From NCBI GenBank assembly GCA_963785325.1, contig CAWAVC010000046.1:23671-87670 (forward strand): a DNA stretch of 64,000 nt, read 5' to 3'. The stretch is from an uncultured Bacteroidales bacterium. Its GTDB lineage: Bacteria; Bacteroidota; Bacteroidia; Bacteroidales; FEN-979. The notes beneath the pieces were generated by a model, which was not told where the DNA came from, ran no database searches, and worked only from the letters and a program-made list of their open reading frames with translations. Position 1 is the stretch's first letter. Each line of letters starts with the position of its first letter. This document shows, piece after piece, positions 9,363 to 18,943 of this stretch. Position numbers and translations under genes: made by a program.

Positions 9363-10232
9363 ATGACTTTTACACAAGTAATCAAGCAATTCAAGTTTTC
9401 CATTGCAGGGGTCCTCGTTTTTGTTCTTATCGAGAACGTCGCATGGATAATTGAACCAACTTTCTTCGGTTCATTGCTTGATGCACTGATCGATCATTTT
9501 TATAACAAAGAAGTTGTAAATTATTTATCGCCTTTATTTATCTGGATTTTTATTTACCTAGTAAATGTTCTTGGAGGTACCATGAGCAGGTTATACAGCG
9601 GAAGGGTTTATCCGAAGATGTATGCCGATATTGCTACCCGTGTTATTGTCAGTTCACAAAAACAGGGACATGCTCCTTCCAAGATCCTGGCAAGGGCTGA
9701 ACTGGCCCGGGAGTATATAGTATTTTTCAAGGAACGACTTCCGGAAGTCAGTTGGCAGTTTTTTGCCACTGGTGGGGGTGTGATAGCCTTATTCTTTTAC
9801 GATTGGAGGATTGCAGCGGTGGCATTCTTCGTAATTTTTCCTGTAGTCTTTATCAATAATATTTATAGGCGGAATGTAGTGACCCTTCAGAAGAATATTC
9901 ATGATACCAGGGAAGATCTTTACAGGTTGGTGAATGAAAAAAATCCGGTAATGATTCATCAATATTATCACGATATGGTACCACCCCAGAACAAAATCGC
10001 AAAATGGAATTCCATCGATTATGCCGTAATCAAGGTTTTACTGATGATTATTTTTATTGTGGTCCTCTTTATCTGTGTTGACGTGGATAATTTTTCGACC
10101 GGGAAAATCTATGCCGTTGTATCCTATATCTGGACCTTTATTGCCTCTACGGATTATCTTCCGGGATTAATGGAGAGCCTGACATCTATGAAAGACCTTA
10201 GTTCACGGTTGAAAGAAGAAAAGGATGTCTGA
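9363..10232 (+). CDS. Stand-alone six-transmembrane ABC-exporter-like membrane domain with no ATPase domain
   Basis: 289 aa. The hydrophobic segments and loop lengths resemble a type-1 ABC exporter TMD (VLVFVLIENVAWIIEPTFFGSLLDALI..., SWQFFATGGGVIALFFYDWRIA). The ORF ends before any Walker motif. Confidence 0.5.
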   Translation: MTFTQVIKQFKFSIAGVLVFVLIENVAWIIEPTFFGSLLDALIDHFYNKEVVNYLSPLFIWIFIYLVNVLGGTMSRLYSGRVYPKMYADIATRVIVSSQKQGHAPSKILARAELAREYIVFFKERLPEVSWQFFATGGGVIALFFYDWRIAAVAFFVIFPVVFINNIYRRNVVTLQKNIHDTREDLYRLVNEKNPVMIHQYYHDMVPPQNKIAKWNSIDYAVIKVLLMIIFIVVLFICVDVDNFSTGKIYAVVSYIWTFIASTDYLPGLMESLTSMKDLSSRLKEEKDV

Positions 10233-10352
10233 TATTACAAGAGGTAAGTAAATCCACAGATCCCTTAAAATATCTTGTTCTTTTCGGAAATAAAGGCTAT
10301 TTTTACATTTAAATCTGAATATAAATTTATCTTGGAAGACCAAGACAAAAAT

Positions 10353-10868
10353 ATGCCGCATCTTCTTGACAAAGAGACTTTCGAATCACTTTTCCGTAGT
10401 GAATTTAAGGGATTGTGTTTCTTTGCGCTTCAATATACGAAAGATCAAGATACCGCCAGGGAGATTACACAGGAAGCCTTCATTAAACTTTGGGAAAAGC
10501 GGGACAGCATCAATCTTTCGAAGCCGATAAAGACCTACCTTAAAACGATAGTTCGTAACAAATGTCTGAATTGGCTCAGAGATAATAAAAAATTCAACAA
10601 AGAGATCCTTGATATAGAAGGCTTGCTCTCGGATAAGACCTATATTCAGCCAGACCGGTTAGTTGAAGCTGAAATCAGGGATAAAATTACCAGAGCCATT
10701 GAAGAGTTACCGGAAAAATGCAGGGAGATCTTTGTGCTTAACCGGCATGAAAACCTGAAGTACCAGGAAATCGCCATCCGGTTGCAAATATCTATTAAAA
10801 CAGTAGAGACCCAGATGTCGAAAGCATTACACCACATGCGTGACCGGCTGGCGGAGTTCTTGAAATGA
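10353..10868 (+). CDS. ECF-type RNA polymerase sigma-70 factor
   Basis: Region 2 (FKGLCFFALQYTKDQDTAREITQEAFIKLWEKR) and region 4 HTH (LKYQEIAIRLQISIKTVETQMSKAL). ATG 10353 is preferred over the TTG at 10275. Confidence 0.9.
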   Translation: MPHLLDKETFESLFRSEFKGLCFFALQYTKDQDTAREITQEAFIKLWEKRDSINLSKPIKTYLKTIVRNKCLNWLRDNKKFNKEILDIEGLLSDKTYIQPDRLVEAEIRDKITRAIEELPEKCREIFVLNRHENLKYQEIAIRLQISIKTVETQMSKALHHMRDRLAEFLK

Positions 10869-10937
10869 GAACATAAAGAATTATTATTTTTGCGTAAGGG
10901 TAAAAGCCAATATAAGTGTAAAACAATCAGTAATATT

Positions 10938-11942
10938 ATGGAAACAGATCATACATATCCGATCGACCTTATCACGGTATATCTGGCCGGAGAAGCAAGC
11001 GATGACGACCTGATTTTCCTGGAAGCCTGGTTGAAGGCCGATCCCGGGCACAGGAAAATCTTTGAGGATTACCGCCGGACATGGCTTGAAATGGAAAAAA
11101 CAAGGATAGATACGGTTTTAAATACAGACAAGGAATGGAATGAACTTCAGGAAAAGCTTTTCAAGAAAGAAGAATCAAAACAAGACAGGATCATCTCTTT
11201 TTCTTTCCGGAAACTACTCCAAATTGCAGCAGGCATTTTTTTACTCATCATTGCTTCTGTTTTTGTTATCCGGTATTTTACCCATAATGAGCAGAAACAG
11301 CTGAATGCAGGCTTGTCTGTTAAGGAGGGAAATCTGCCAGATGGAACATCAGTCACTTTAAATAAAGGTACGACCCTTGAATATCCCTCTTCTTTCAAAG
11401 GAAATAAAAGAAATGTTAGACTCAACGGCGAAGCCTACTTCGAAGTAAAACATGACAATACAAAACCATTCATTGTTATAAACCAGAATGTCCGGGTGGA
11501 AGTACTGGGTACTTCTTTCTATGTGAACACCAATGTCGCAAATAATAAAATGGAGGTGATACTAAACAGCGGTTCTGTAGCCGTATATTTTGATAATCAT
11601 AAAGAGAACGGCCTTTTCCTTTCTCCGGGAGAAAAAGCCGAGATCAATCCCGGCCAGGAAAAGATGGACAAGGATATCAACACTGATCAGAATTACAGGT
11701 CATGGATGACACAACGGTTTATTTATAACAATGAACCGTTGATTATTATCATTGATGACCTGAATAAAGATTACCATACAAACCTGCGCATCACAACACC
11801 GATCATCTCGTATTGTCTTGTTACAGCCACATTCGATCATCAGTCGGTGGAATCCATCCTGCATGTCCTCCAGGCTACCCTTGATTTGACTCTCAGTAAT
11901 CACGGAACATGGACAGAAATTTCAGGTAAGAAGTGTAACTAA
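10938..11942 (+). CDS. FecR-family anti-sigma factor / transmembrane sensor
   Basis: It has an N-terminal anti-sigma segment, a single TM (LLQIAAGIFLLIIASVFVI) and a FecR periplasmic domain (VTLNKGTTLEYPSSF...RNVRLNGEAYFEVKHDNTKPFIV). It directly follows the ECF sigma gene. Confidence 0.88.
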   Translation: METDHTYPIDLITVYLAGEASDDDLIFLEAWLKADPGHRKIFEDYRRTWLEMEKTRIDTVLNTDKEWNELQEKLFKKEESKQDRIISFSFRKLLQIAAGIFLLIIASVFVIRYFTHNEQKQLNAGLSVKEGNLPDGTSVTLNKGTTLEYPSSFKGNKRNVRLNGEAYFEVKHDNTKPFIVINQNVRVEVLGTSFYVNTNVANNKMEVILNSGSVAVYFDNHKENGLFLSPGEKAEINPGQEKMDKDINTDQNYRSWMTQRFIYNNEPLIIIIDDLNKDYHTNLRITTPIISYCLVTATFDHQSVESILHVLQATLDLTLSNHGTWTEISGKKCN

Positions 11943-11958
11943 TTCGATCCAACCATCA

Positions 11959-14622
11959 TTGGAAATCAGGAAAATCATATACCCTTTCTTATTTTGCTTT
12001 CTTGTCTTCTCCAATTCCCTGCTTTCTCAGGATCTGGATAAGAAGATAACAATCATAGCCAGGAATCAATCCCTCGGAGAAGTAATAGGCAGGATCGGGG
12101 ATGAAGGAAAGATCTTTTTCTCGTACAACCCTGAAAGCCTTCCTCTCAACCTAAAGATCAGCATAACAGCAAAGAACAAATCCATTCATGAAGTGCTTGA
12201 TCTGGTGTTAAAAAAAAACGGTATTACCTATTTTATCACTGAAAACAACGTGGTTCTTAAAGCAAATCAAAAAAAGGATGCGGGCGAGACAAGGGAGAAA
12301 ATCATTCCATCGGGGAAGCATACAATCAGTGGTTACCTTAAAGATAAGGCAACCGGTGAAATGCTGATTGGTGCCAACATTTATATCCATGATCTGCATC
12401 TTGGTACCACTACCAATGGCTATGGTTTTTATTCACTAACACTACCTGCAAATATTTACCAGTTGATTTTTTCCTTTATCGGTTATAAGGATTATCAAAT
12501 GACAATCGATCTTGAGAAGGATTTAAACACGACAGTCGAGATGGAAACAACAAGCCTCCCGATCAAAGAGGTCGAAATAAAGGGAAAGAACAAACAAGAG
12601 GAAATCCGGAACAGTTCACTGGATGAATTCCGGTTTTCCTCAAAAACCCTGACTCAATTGCCAGGATTTGTGGGCGATGTTGATATAATCAAATCGTTAC
12701 AGGCTGTTCCGGGTGTCATAACTTATGGTGATGGGTCCTCTCTTTTTTATGTTCGCGGAGGTAACAGTGATCAAAACCTGATCCTCATCGATGAAGCGCC
12801 GATTTATAACCCTTCCCATCTTTTCGGTTTCTTTTCTGTCCTGGCCCCCGATGCAATTAATGAAATGACCGTCTTTAAAGGAGATTTCCCTGCAAAATAC
12901 GGTGGAAGATTATCATCCGTAATCGATATCAAGGCGCGTGACGGAAACCTCAAACGATTCAGCTTTTCAGTTAACGTTGGCCCTTACGCATCAGAATTGA
13001 CCCTGGAAGGGCCAATAGTAAAAGATAAGCTTTCCTTTATTGTCTCCGGAAGGATGTCGACCCTGAATTGGTTGAATGACATTCATACTTCTTTGAAGGC
13101 ATTTAATATCCTCTTTTATGATGTAAATGCAAAAGTCAATTTCAAACTAAATAACAAAAATCGTTTTTACCTTACTTTCTTTTACGGATATGATCTTTTC
13201 GGGCAGACGAACGAATCCACTTATCCCACCTCCGGGATGAGCTGGAATAACCTGGCAGGTACCTTCCGATGGACCCATACATTCAGCAGCAAATTATTTT
13301 CCAACACCACCCTCTGCTACAGCCGTTATCAATATTATCTTTATATTGATAATGAACAAAAAGATATATGGAATTCCGATATTTCCGGGTTGACATTTAA
13401 GACGGATTTTACCTGGTACTTAAACCCAAAGAACACAATCCATACAGGGGTGGAAATTACCAATCACAACTCGAATCCGGGAAATGTAAGCCTTCCAAAT
13501 GATCAGACTGATCCATCAGCTTATCCCATTGCCAAGTACCATTCCATGGAATATGATTTTTATCTTGGAAACGACCAGTTGATAGGAAAAAAAGTTTCAG
13601 TCGGTTATGGAATCAGGTTGCCGGTGTGGCAGGATATTGGCCCAACTATGGTCTACCAGTTCGATGGATATCACAATTTCATAGATTCCACACGAATTTC
13701 CAACCTGTCGACCTATGCGACATTTTTCTGTCCGGAGCCCCGGATCAATGTTCGTTATTTATTAAATGTTTATTCTTCCCTGAAAGGTAGTTACAGCAGA
13801 ACCACTCAGTTCTTCCAGGTTCTTTCTAATTCTGTAAGCCCATTTACATCCCTGGAGGTCTGGGCTCCCTGCGGCCCGAATATAAAACCACAGAAATCCG
13901 ATCAATATTCGCTGGGATACTATACTCAACTATTCCATACGAAACTGAGTCTTTCGGCTGAAACTTTTTACAATCTGTTTTATAATCATATCGATTATAA
14001 GGATAATGCAAACCTTTTGTTCAATCACTTGCTGGAAGGTGAAATCCGTGAAGGGAAAGCATATTCGTACGGAATTGAACTTATGTTGAAGAAAACCGAG
14101 GATAAATTTACAGGTTGGATCGGATATACCTATTCACGCACGTTTGTTCTGACTCCGGAAGTCAATGATGGAAAAGAATATCCGGCCTTCTATGACCGGC
14201 CGAACAATGTATGTATTTTTCTTTCCTATGCGGCCGGGAAACACTGGGCCTTTTCTGCTAACTGGCTTTACATGACAGGAGGTGCGATTACGACGCCAAT
14301 TGGTTTTTTTTATAATAACGGATATTCCATTCCGATCTATGGCGACCGGAATAACGACAGACTTCCTGACTATCACCGTCTTGACCTTTCCATAAAGTGG
14401 ATTCTCAGCAAACCTGAACAACGTTACCAGCATTCACTAATTCTGACTATTTACAACGCCTATGGCCGGCTGAATCCATTTTCCGTGAATTTCAACAAGA
14501 TCCAGGATGGGAATGGTGATATTGTCGTGCCTTCAAACCTGGAGGGAGGATATGATCTGATTCCAACGACCATTTCCGTTGCAGGGATGATACCATCACT
14601 TAATTATCAATTCAAGTTCTGA
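11959..14622 (+). CDS. TonB-dependent receptor/transducer with an N-terminal STN signalling domain and a CarboxypepD_reg-like domain
   Basis: 887 aa. STN-like ITIIARNQSLGEVIGRIGDEGKIFFSYNPESL...IHEVLDLVLKKNGITYFITENNVVL. Then ISGYLKDKATGEMLIGANIYI, a plug, and a barrel ending in ...SLNYQFKF. The TTG start is uncertain. Confidence 0.88.
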   Translation: MEIRKIIYPFLFCFLVFSNSLLSQDLDKKITIIARNQSLGEVIGRIGDEGKIFFSYNPESLPLNLKISITAKNKSIHEVLDLVLKKNGITYFITENNVVLKANQKKDAGETREKIIPSGKHTISGYLKDKATGEMLIGANIYIHDLHLGTTTNGYGFYSLTLPANIYQLIFSFIGYKDYQMTIDLEKDLNTTVEMETTSLPIKEVEIKGKNKQEEIRNSSLDEFRFSSKTLTQLPGFVGDVDIIKSLQAVPGVITYGDGSSLFYVRGGNSDQNLILIDEAPIYNPSHLFGFFSVLAPDAINEMTVFKGDFPAKYGGRLSSVIDIKARDGNLKRFSFSVNVGPYASELTLEGPIVKDKLSFIVSGRMSTLNWLNDIHTSLKAFNILFYDVNAKVNFKLNNKNRFYLTFFYGYDLFGQTNESTYPTSGMSWNNLAGTFRWTHTFSSKLFSNTTLCYSRYQYYLYIDNEQKDIWNSDISGLTFKTDFTWYLNPKNTIHTGVEITNHNSNPGNVSLPNDQTDPSAYPIAKYHSMEYDFYLGNDQLIGKKVSVGYGIRLPVWQDIGPTMVYQFDGYHNFIDSTRISNLSTYATFFCPEPRINVRYLLNVYSSLKGSYSRTTQFFQVLSNSVSPFTSLEVWAPCGPNIKPQKSDQYSLGYYTQLFHTKLSLSAETFYNLFYNHIDYKDNANLLFNHLLEGEIREGKAYSYGIELMLKKTEDKFTGWIGYTYSRTFVLTPEVNDGKEYPAFYDRPNNVCIFLSYAAGKHWAFSANWLYMTGGAITTPIGFFYNNGYSIPIYGDRNNDRLPDYHRLDLSIKWILSKPEQRYQHSLILTIYNAYGRLNPFSVNFNKIQDGNGDIVVPSNLEGGYDLIPTTISVAGMIPSLNYQFKF

Positions 14623-15440
14623 TGAAAAGAATTTGTCTGTCTATGTTTATTTTACTTTCCTTCTCAGGATGTGAGAAGAAAACCGACTGGACCTTGAAAA
14701 GTCAATCCAGTAATCTTATAGTTGTTGATGGGATCATAACAAGTGAAACAAAAACTCAATCACTGACTCTTACTTTTCCGGTTTCGGAATTAAATGCAAA
14801 GCCGGCACCAGTTACTGGCGCCATTCTTCAGATCTCGGATGAAGATTCGGTGTATCGGATGACAGAAACACTGGCGGGCTCTGGAGTATATAATTCTATA
14901 ACACCTTTTTCTGCCCGAGAAGGGAAGAATTATTCATTACTCATTTTTTATGGGAAACAGATAATCTCTGCAAAATCAATAATGGAACCAGCCTTACTCT
15001 TTAATTTCCTGGTTTATTCAAAAAAAGAAGATTCAGGATTATACAATATTTCATGGGTTGCCAGTTCCTTCAGCACAGGTACCCCGGCCATGTGGGAGGT
15101 ACTTCTCGACTGGTCAAAGGCTCCAGGTTATCAACAGACTGATTCTACAAGATGTAAGGCAAGGATGTTGTTTTATACCCTTTCAACGCTCGATGTAAGT
15201 GAGATCTTTGCGCCATCAGTGGAAACGATTTCTTTTCCGGCGGGAACTATGATTACTGAAACAAGATACTCCCTTACACCTGAATATGCAGAGTTTATTC
15301 GGGAAGTATTGCTGATAACTCAATGGCAGGGGTCATTGTTCAGTACTACTCCGGCCAATGTATCAACCAATTTGAGCGTGGGAGGGACTGGCTTCTTTGC
15401 TGTTTGCGGGGTTTCTTCTATATTTCAGACCGTGCCATAA
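14622..15440 (+). CDS. DUF4249-type lipoprotein (usual partner of non-SusD TonB-dependent receptors in Bacteroidota)
   Basis: Lipobox LLSFSGC. Its start overlaps the receptor stop by 1 nt (TGATG). The size and position match the DUF4249 pattern, but the family assignment is from memory and was not searched. Confidence 0.55.
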   Translation: MKRICLSMFILLSFSGCEKKTDWTLKSQSSNLIVVDGIITSETKTQSLTLTFPVSELNAKPAPVTGAILQISDEDSVYRMTETLAGSGVYNSITPFSAREGKNYSLLIFYGKQIISAKSIMEPALLFNFLVYSKKEDSGLYNISWVASSFSTGTPAMWEVLLDWSKAPGYQQTDSTRCKARMLFYTLSTLDVSEIFAPSVETISFPAGTMITETRYSLTPEYAEFIREVLLITQWQGSLFSTTPANVSTNLSVGGTGFFAVCGVSSIFQTVP

Positions 15441-15540
15441 GAAAAAAATGATCTCCGGGTATAAGGGTCGAATCTTTTCCCGGTGTATTATTCTTAAAGA
15501 ACAAGATATTAATTATAATCGCAACTGAAAAAACAAAGCT

Positions 15541-16479
15541 ATGAAAACAAAAACTCTTTTCCGGTGGGGATTCCTGATGATCACTGTGATATTATTTATT
15601 TTAGTCAGCTGTTCAAAAGACAAAACTACAAACACAGCCACCACAAACACAGAATCGCTTCAGCAATTAACTATAGATGAGAACAATGTTGTGAGTGCTT
15701 CCAACCAGGCAGTGAATGATGTCGACAATGTTTTATCACCCGCAAAATTAAAATCTACTGAATCAGGGCCATGCAATACAACAGTAACTATAGGAGGTGT
15801 CGTAAATGACACCATTTCAATTGATATCTATTATCATGGTGCAGATTGCAACAACAAAGTTATTCGCAGTGGCCATGTTATTGTGAAGAAAAAATATCAG
15901 GAAGATTGGGGCCAGGCAGGAGCCACGGTCATCGTGACCATGAACAATTATACACGTACAAGAGTCTCTAACGGGAAATCTTTGACCATGAACGGATCAA
16001 AGCATTTTGAAAATGTCAGTGGCCACTACCTTTATGAACTTGGACTTGACAGTACCGTTACTTCAGTCGTACACAGGGTATGGGGTAATATTACAGTGAC
16101 TTTTGATGATAGTACCAACAAGGTTTGGTCACTAGCACGTCAGGATACTTACACTGGTTCATCGGTCGCGCGGGTGATGACTGAAGATGGATTCGGAACT
16201 GCCGAGGGGTACACCAACCTTACTGCATGGGGAATCAACAGGAATAGAGAACAGTTTTACTCAAGCATTATGCAATCAGTGGTTTACAAAGAGGTATGCG
16301 ACTTTGATCCCTGTTCCGGAATCGAAGTTCACCAAATCCCATCTAAATCTAAATCGGCTACTATTACCTTCGGGTACAACAGCAATAACAACCTTATAAC
16401 CAATGACGATTGTCCTACCCGTTACAGGGTCGATTGGGTAGTAGGAAATAAATATGGGACATTCTTTCTTCCGCTCTGA
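15541..16479 (+). CDS. Hypothetical lipoprotein
   Basis: 312 aa, lipobox ILVSCSKD, Thr/Asn-rich linker, no recognisable catalytic motif. Confidence 0.6.
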   Translation: MKTKTLFRWGFLMITVILFILVSCSKDKTTNTATTNTESLQQLTIDENNVVSASNQAVNDVDNVLSPAKLKSTESGPCNTTVTIGGVVNDTISIDIYYHGADCNNKVIRSGHVIVKKKYQEDWGQAGATVIVTMNNYTRTRVSNGKSLTMNGSKHFENVSGHYLYELGLDSTVTSVVHRVWGNITVTFDDSTNKVWSLARQDTYTGSSVARVMTEDGFGTAEGYTNLTAWGINRNREQFYSSIMQSVVYKEVCDFDPCSGIEVHQIPSKSKSATITFGYNSNNNLITNDDCPTRYRVDWVVGNKYGTFFLPL

Positions 16480-16502
16480 TGTTGATATGATGTATACGTA
16501 AG

Positions 16503-16538
16503 AAGGCTGTTTCAAAAGTACGAGACGGCCTTTTTTTC
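16503..16538 (+). terminator. Rho-independent terminator after the 15541..16479 gene
   Basis: 8-bp stem AAGGCTGT / ACGGCCTT (one G-U pair), 14-nt loop, then T7. Confidence 0.6.
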
Positions 16539-16609
16539 AATAGCCGACTTAGAATCTTTTAATATTCAATCTTTTACAAGGAAGATAAGGTTCAAACCGT
16601 TTTTCGAAG

Positions 16610-16617
16610 TACCTTTG
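16610..16617 (+). promoter_or_regulatory. -7 promoter box (TACCTTTG) for typA
   Basis: Exact TAnnTTTG match. The TTG at 16615 that the ORF track uses as the start lies inside this box. Confidence 0.5.
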
Positions 16618-16652
16618 CACCCAATCTTAGAACAGGCCAATAAATTCATTAA

Positions 16653-18460
16653 GTGCAGAATATTCAGAAATATCGCAATCATTGCCCATGTTGACCACGG
16701 TAAAACTACCTTAGTTGACCGGATACTCCATCAGGCAAAATTATTTCGTGACAATCAGGTCGTAGCTGATCTGGTGCTCGACTCTAACGATCTTGAACGC
16801 GAAAGAGGGATCACAATCCTTTCAAAGAATGTATCGGTCAGATATAAGGGAACAAAGATCAACATTATAGATACCCCAGGTCATTCTGATTTCGGCGGGG
16901 AAGTTGAACGAGTGCTCAACATGGCAGATGGTGTTTTGCTTGTGGTCGATGCCTTTGAAGGCCCGATGCCACAAACCCGTTTTGTACTTCAGAAAGCACT
17001 GGAACTCGGGAAGAAACCTATCGTTGTTATCAACAAAGTTGATAAACCCAATTGTGCGCCGGATGAAGTCAACGAAGCTGTTTTCGAATTGATGTTTAGT
17101 CTGGATGCCAATGAAGACCAACTTAACTTCCCGACTGTCTATGGTTCATCAAAACAAGGATGGATGTCTGCAGATTGGAGAAACCCTACAACCGATGTCA
17201 CATATCTTCTTGACACGATTATTAAATATATTTCTGCCCCGTCGCACGAGCCAGGCACACTTCAATTGCAGATAAGTTCACTGGATTATTCATCGTATAT
17301 AGGCCGGATAGCCGTTGGCCGTATAACACGAGGATCGATCTCCGCTGGAATGCACGTTTCGCTCGTAAAGAACGACGGGACTATTTTAAAATCAACGGTT
17401 AAAGAATTATACCTTTTTGAAGGGCTGGGCAAAGAAAAGGTGAAATTTGAAGTTGAGGCTGGTGAGATCTGTGCTGTTTTGGGCCCCGAGAATTTTGAGA
17501 TTGGGGATACCATCGCCGATGCTGAGAATCCTGAAGGAATGAAGCCGATTCTGTGTGGATGAACCGACCATGAGCATGCTTTTCACAATAAATAATTCCC
17601 CATTCGCAGGAAAAGAAGGAATATATGTTACCTCTCGTCACATCCGTGAACGGCTTTTTAAGGAGACTGAAAAGAATCTTGCACTTAAAGTGCATGAAAT
17701 GGATTCTCCTGACAAATTCCAGGTTTACGGAAGAGGGATCCTCCACTTGGCCATACTCGTGGAAACTATGCGCCGTGAAGGGTATGAGTTTCAACTTGGT
17801 CAGCCCAATGTGATTACAAAAGTGGTTGACGGAAAGATTCATGAGCCAGTGGAATTGTTGAGGGTAGCAGTCCCGGAATCTTTTTCGGGAAAGGTCATAG
17901 AGATTGTCAGTCGCCGTAGAGGGGACCTTATCCGCCTTGAAACAAAGCGTGACCGTACCATTCTGGAATTTGAAATCCCGGCAAGAGGACTGATCGGGTT
18001 ACGGAACCCGGTATTAACTGCAACGGAAGGAGAAGCAGTTATTGCGCACAGGTTTAAAAGTTATGAATCATGGAAAGGAGATATGGGCAGCCGGAACAGC
18101 GGTTCCCTGATTGCCGGAGAAACCGGTACAGCCATTACTTATTCAATCGATAAACTTCAGTCCCGTGGAAAGTTTTTCATTGAACCGGGTGAAAATATTT
18201 ATGCCGGGCAGGTCGTAGGTGAAAGTACCCGCAGTGATGATATAGTTATTAACCTTACAAAAACAAAAAAACTCAGCAATGTACGTGCATCCGGTTCGGA
18301 TGATAAAGCAGTGATCGTTCCTGCTGTAAAATTCTCACTGGAAGAGGCAATGGAATACATTCAGGATGATGAGTTTGTTGAGGTAACGCCAAAATCTATT
18401 CGATTGCGGAAGATCATCCTGGATGAGACAGAACGGAAAAGAAGTAAAAAAGCAATATGA
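16653..18460 (+). pseudogene. typA: Translational GTPase TypA/BipA, reading frame broken twice (about 16668-16670 and about 17550-17557)
   Basis: ORFs 16615..17562 and 17555..18460 together give about 600 aa of BipA, with G1 AHVDHGKTT, G3 DTPGHSDF and G4 NKVD. The junction reads ...MKPILCG* in frame 1 and VDEPTMSMLFTINNSPFAGKEG in frame 2. GTG 16653 in frame 0 gives MQNIQ-, and it joins NIAIIAHVDHGKTT if one A of the AAA at 16668-70 is removed. Confidence 0.85.
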
Positions 18461-18500
18461 CCCAATCCCTGAGTTCAACGAGAAATATCAGAAAAATAGT

Positions 18501-18508
18501 TAACTTTG
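18501..18508 (+). promoter_or_regulatory. -7 promoter box (TAACTTTG) for the DUF59 gene
   Basis: Exact TAnnTTTG match 26 nt upstream of ATG 18535. Confidence 0.45.
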
Positions 18509-18534
18509 TTCTTTCCTGAAAAATATTAAAGCTA

Positions 18535-18852
18535 ATGGAAAATCAGGATAGTGAGTTGGAAGCAAGGATCATCGAAGCTCTTAAACGTGTGCATGACCCT
18601 GAAATTCCTGTCAATATTTATGACCTGGGATTAGTTTATGAACTGAAAATTGATGATCAATCGGTTGTGTATATAACCATGACCCTTACAACGCCAAATT
18701 GCCCAATCGCTGAGGATATGCCAGGTGTCGTTTACAATGAGGTGAAACAAGTGGAGGGTGTAAAAGATGTTAAAGTGAAACTGGTTTTTGATCCACCTTG
18801 GGATAAAGACATGATCTCAGAAGCTGCGCTCCTTGAGCTAGGACTCCTTTGA
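18535..18852 (+). CDS. DUF59 / SufT-like Fe-S cluster assembly protein
   Basis: 105 aa. VHDPEIPVNIYDLGLVYEL...MTLTTPNCPIAEDMP is the canonical DUF59 (MIP18/PaaD/SufT) core. Confidence 0.85.
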   Translation: MENQDSELEARIIEALKRVHDPEIPVNIYDLGLVYELKIDDQSVVYITMTLTTPNCPIAEDMPGVVYNEVKQVEGVKDVKVKLVFDPPWDKDMISEAALLELGLL

Positions 18853-18943
18853 AGACGTTCTTCCATTGCAATGCGGATGAACATAATTTCGTTATTCTTA
18901 TTTATAATTAATATTCTAAAGCGAACTTTGTATAAACTGAAAA

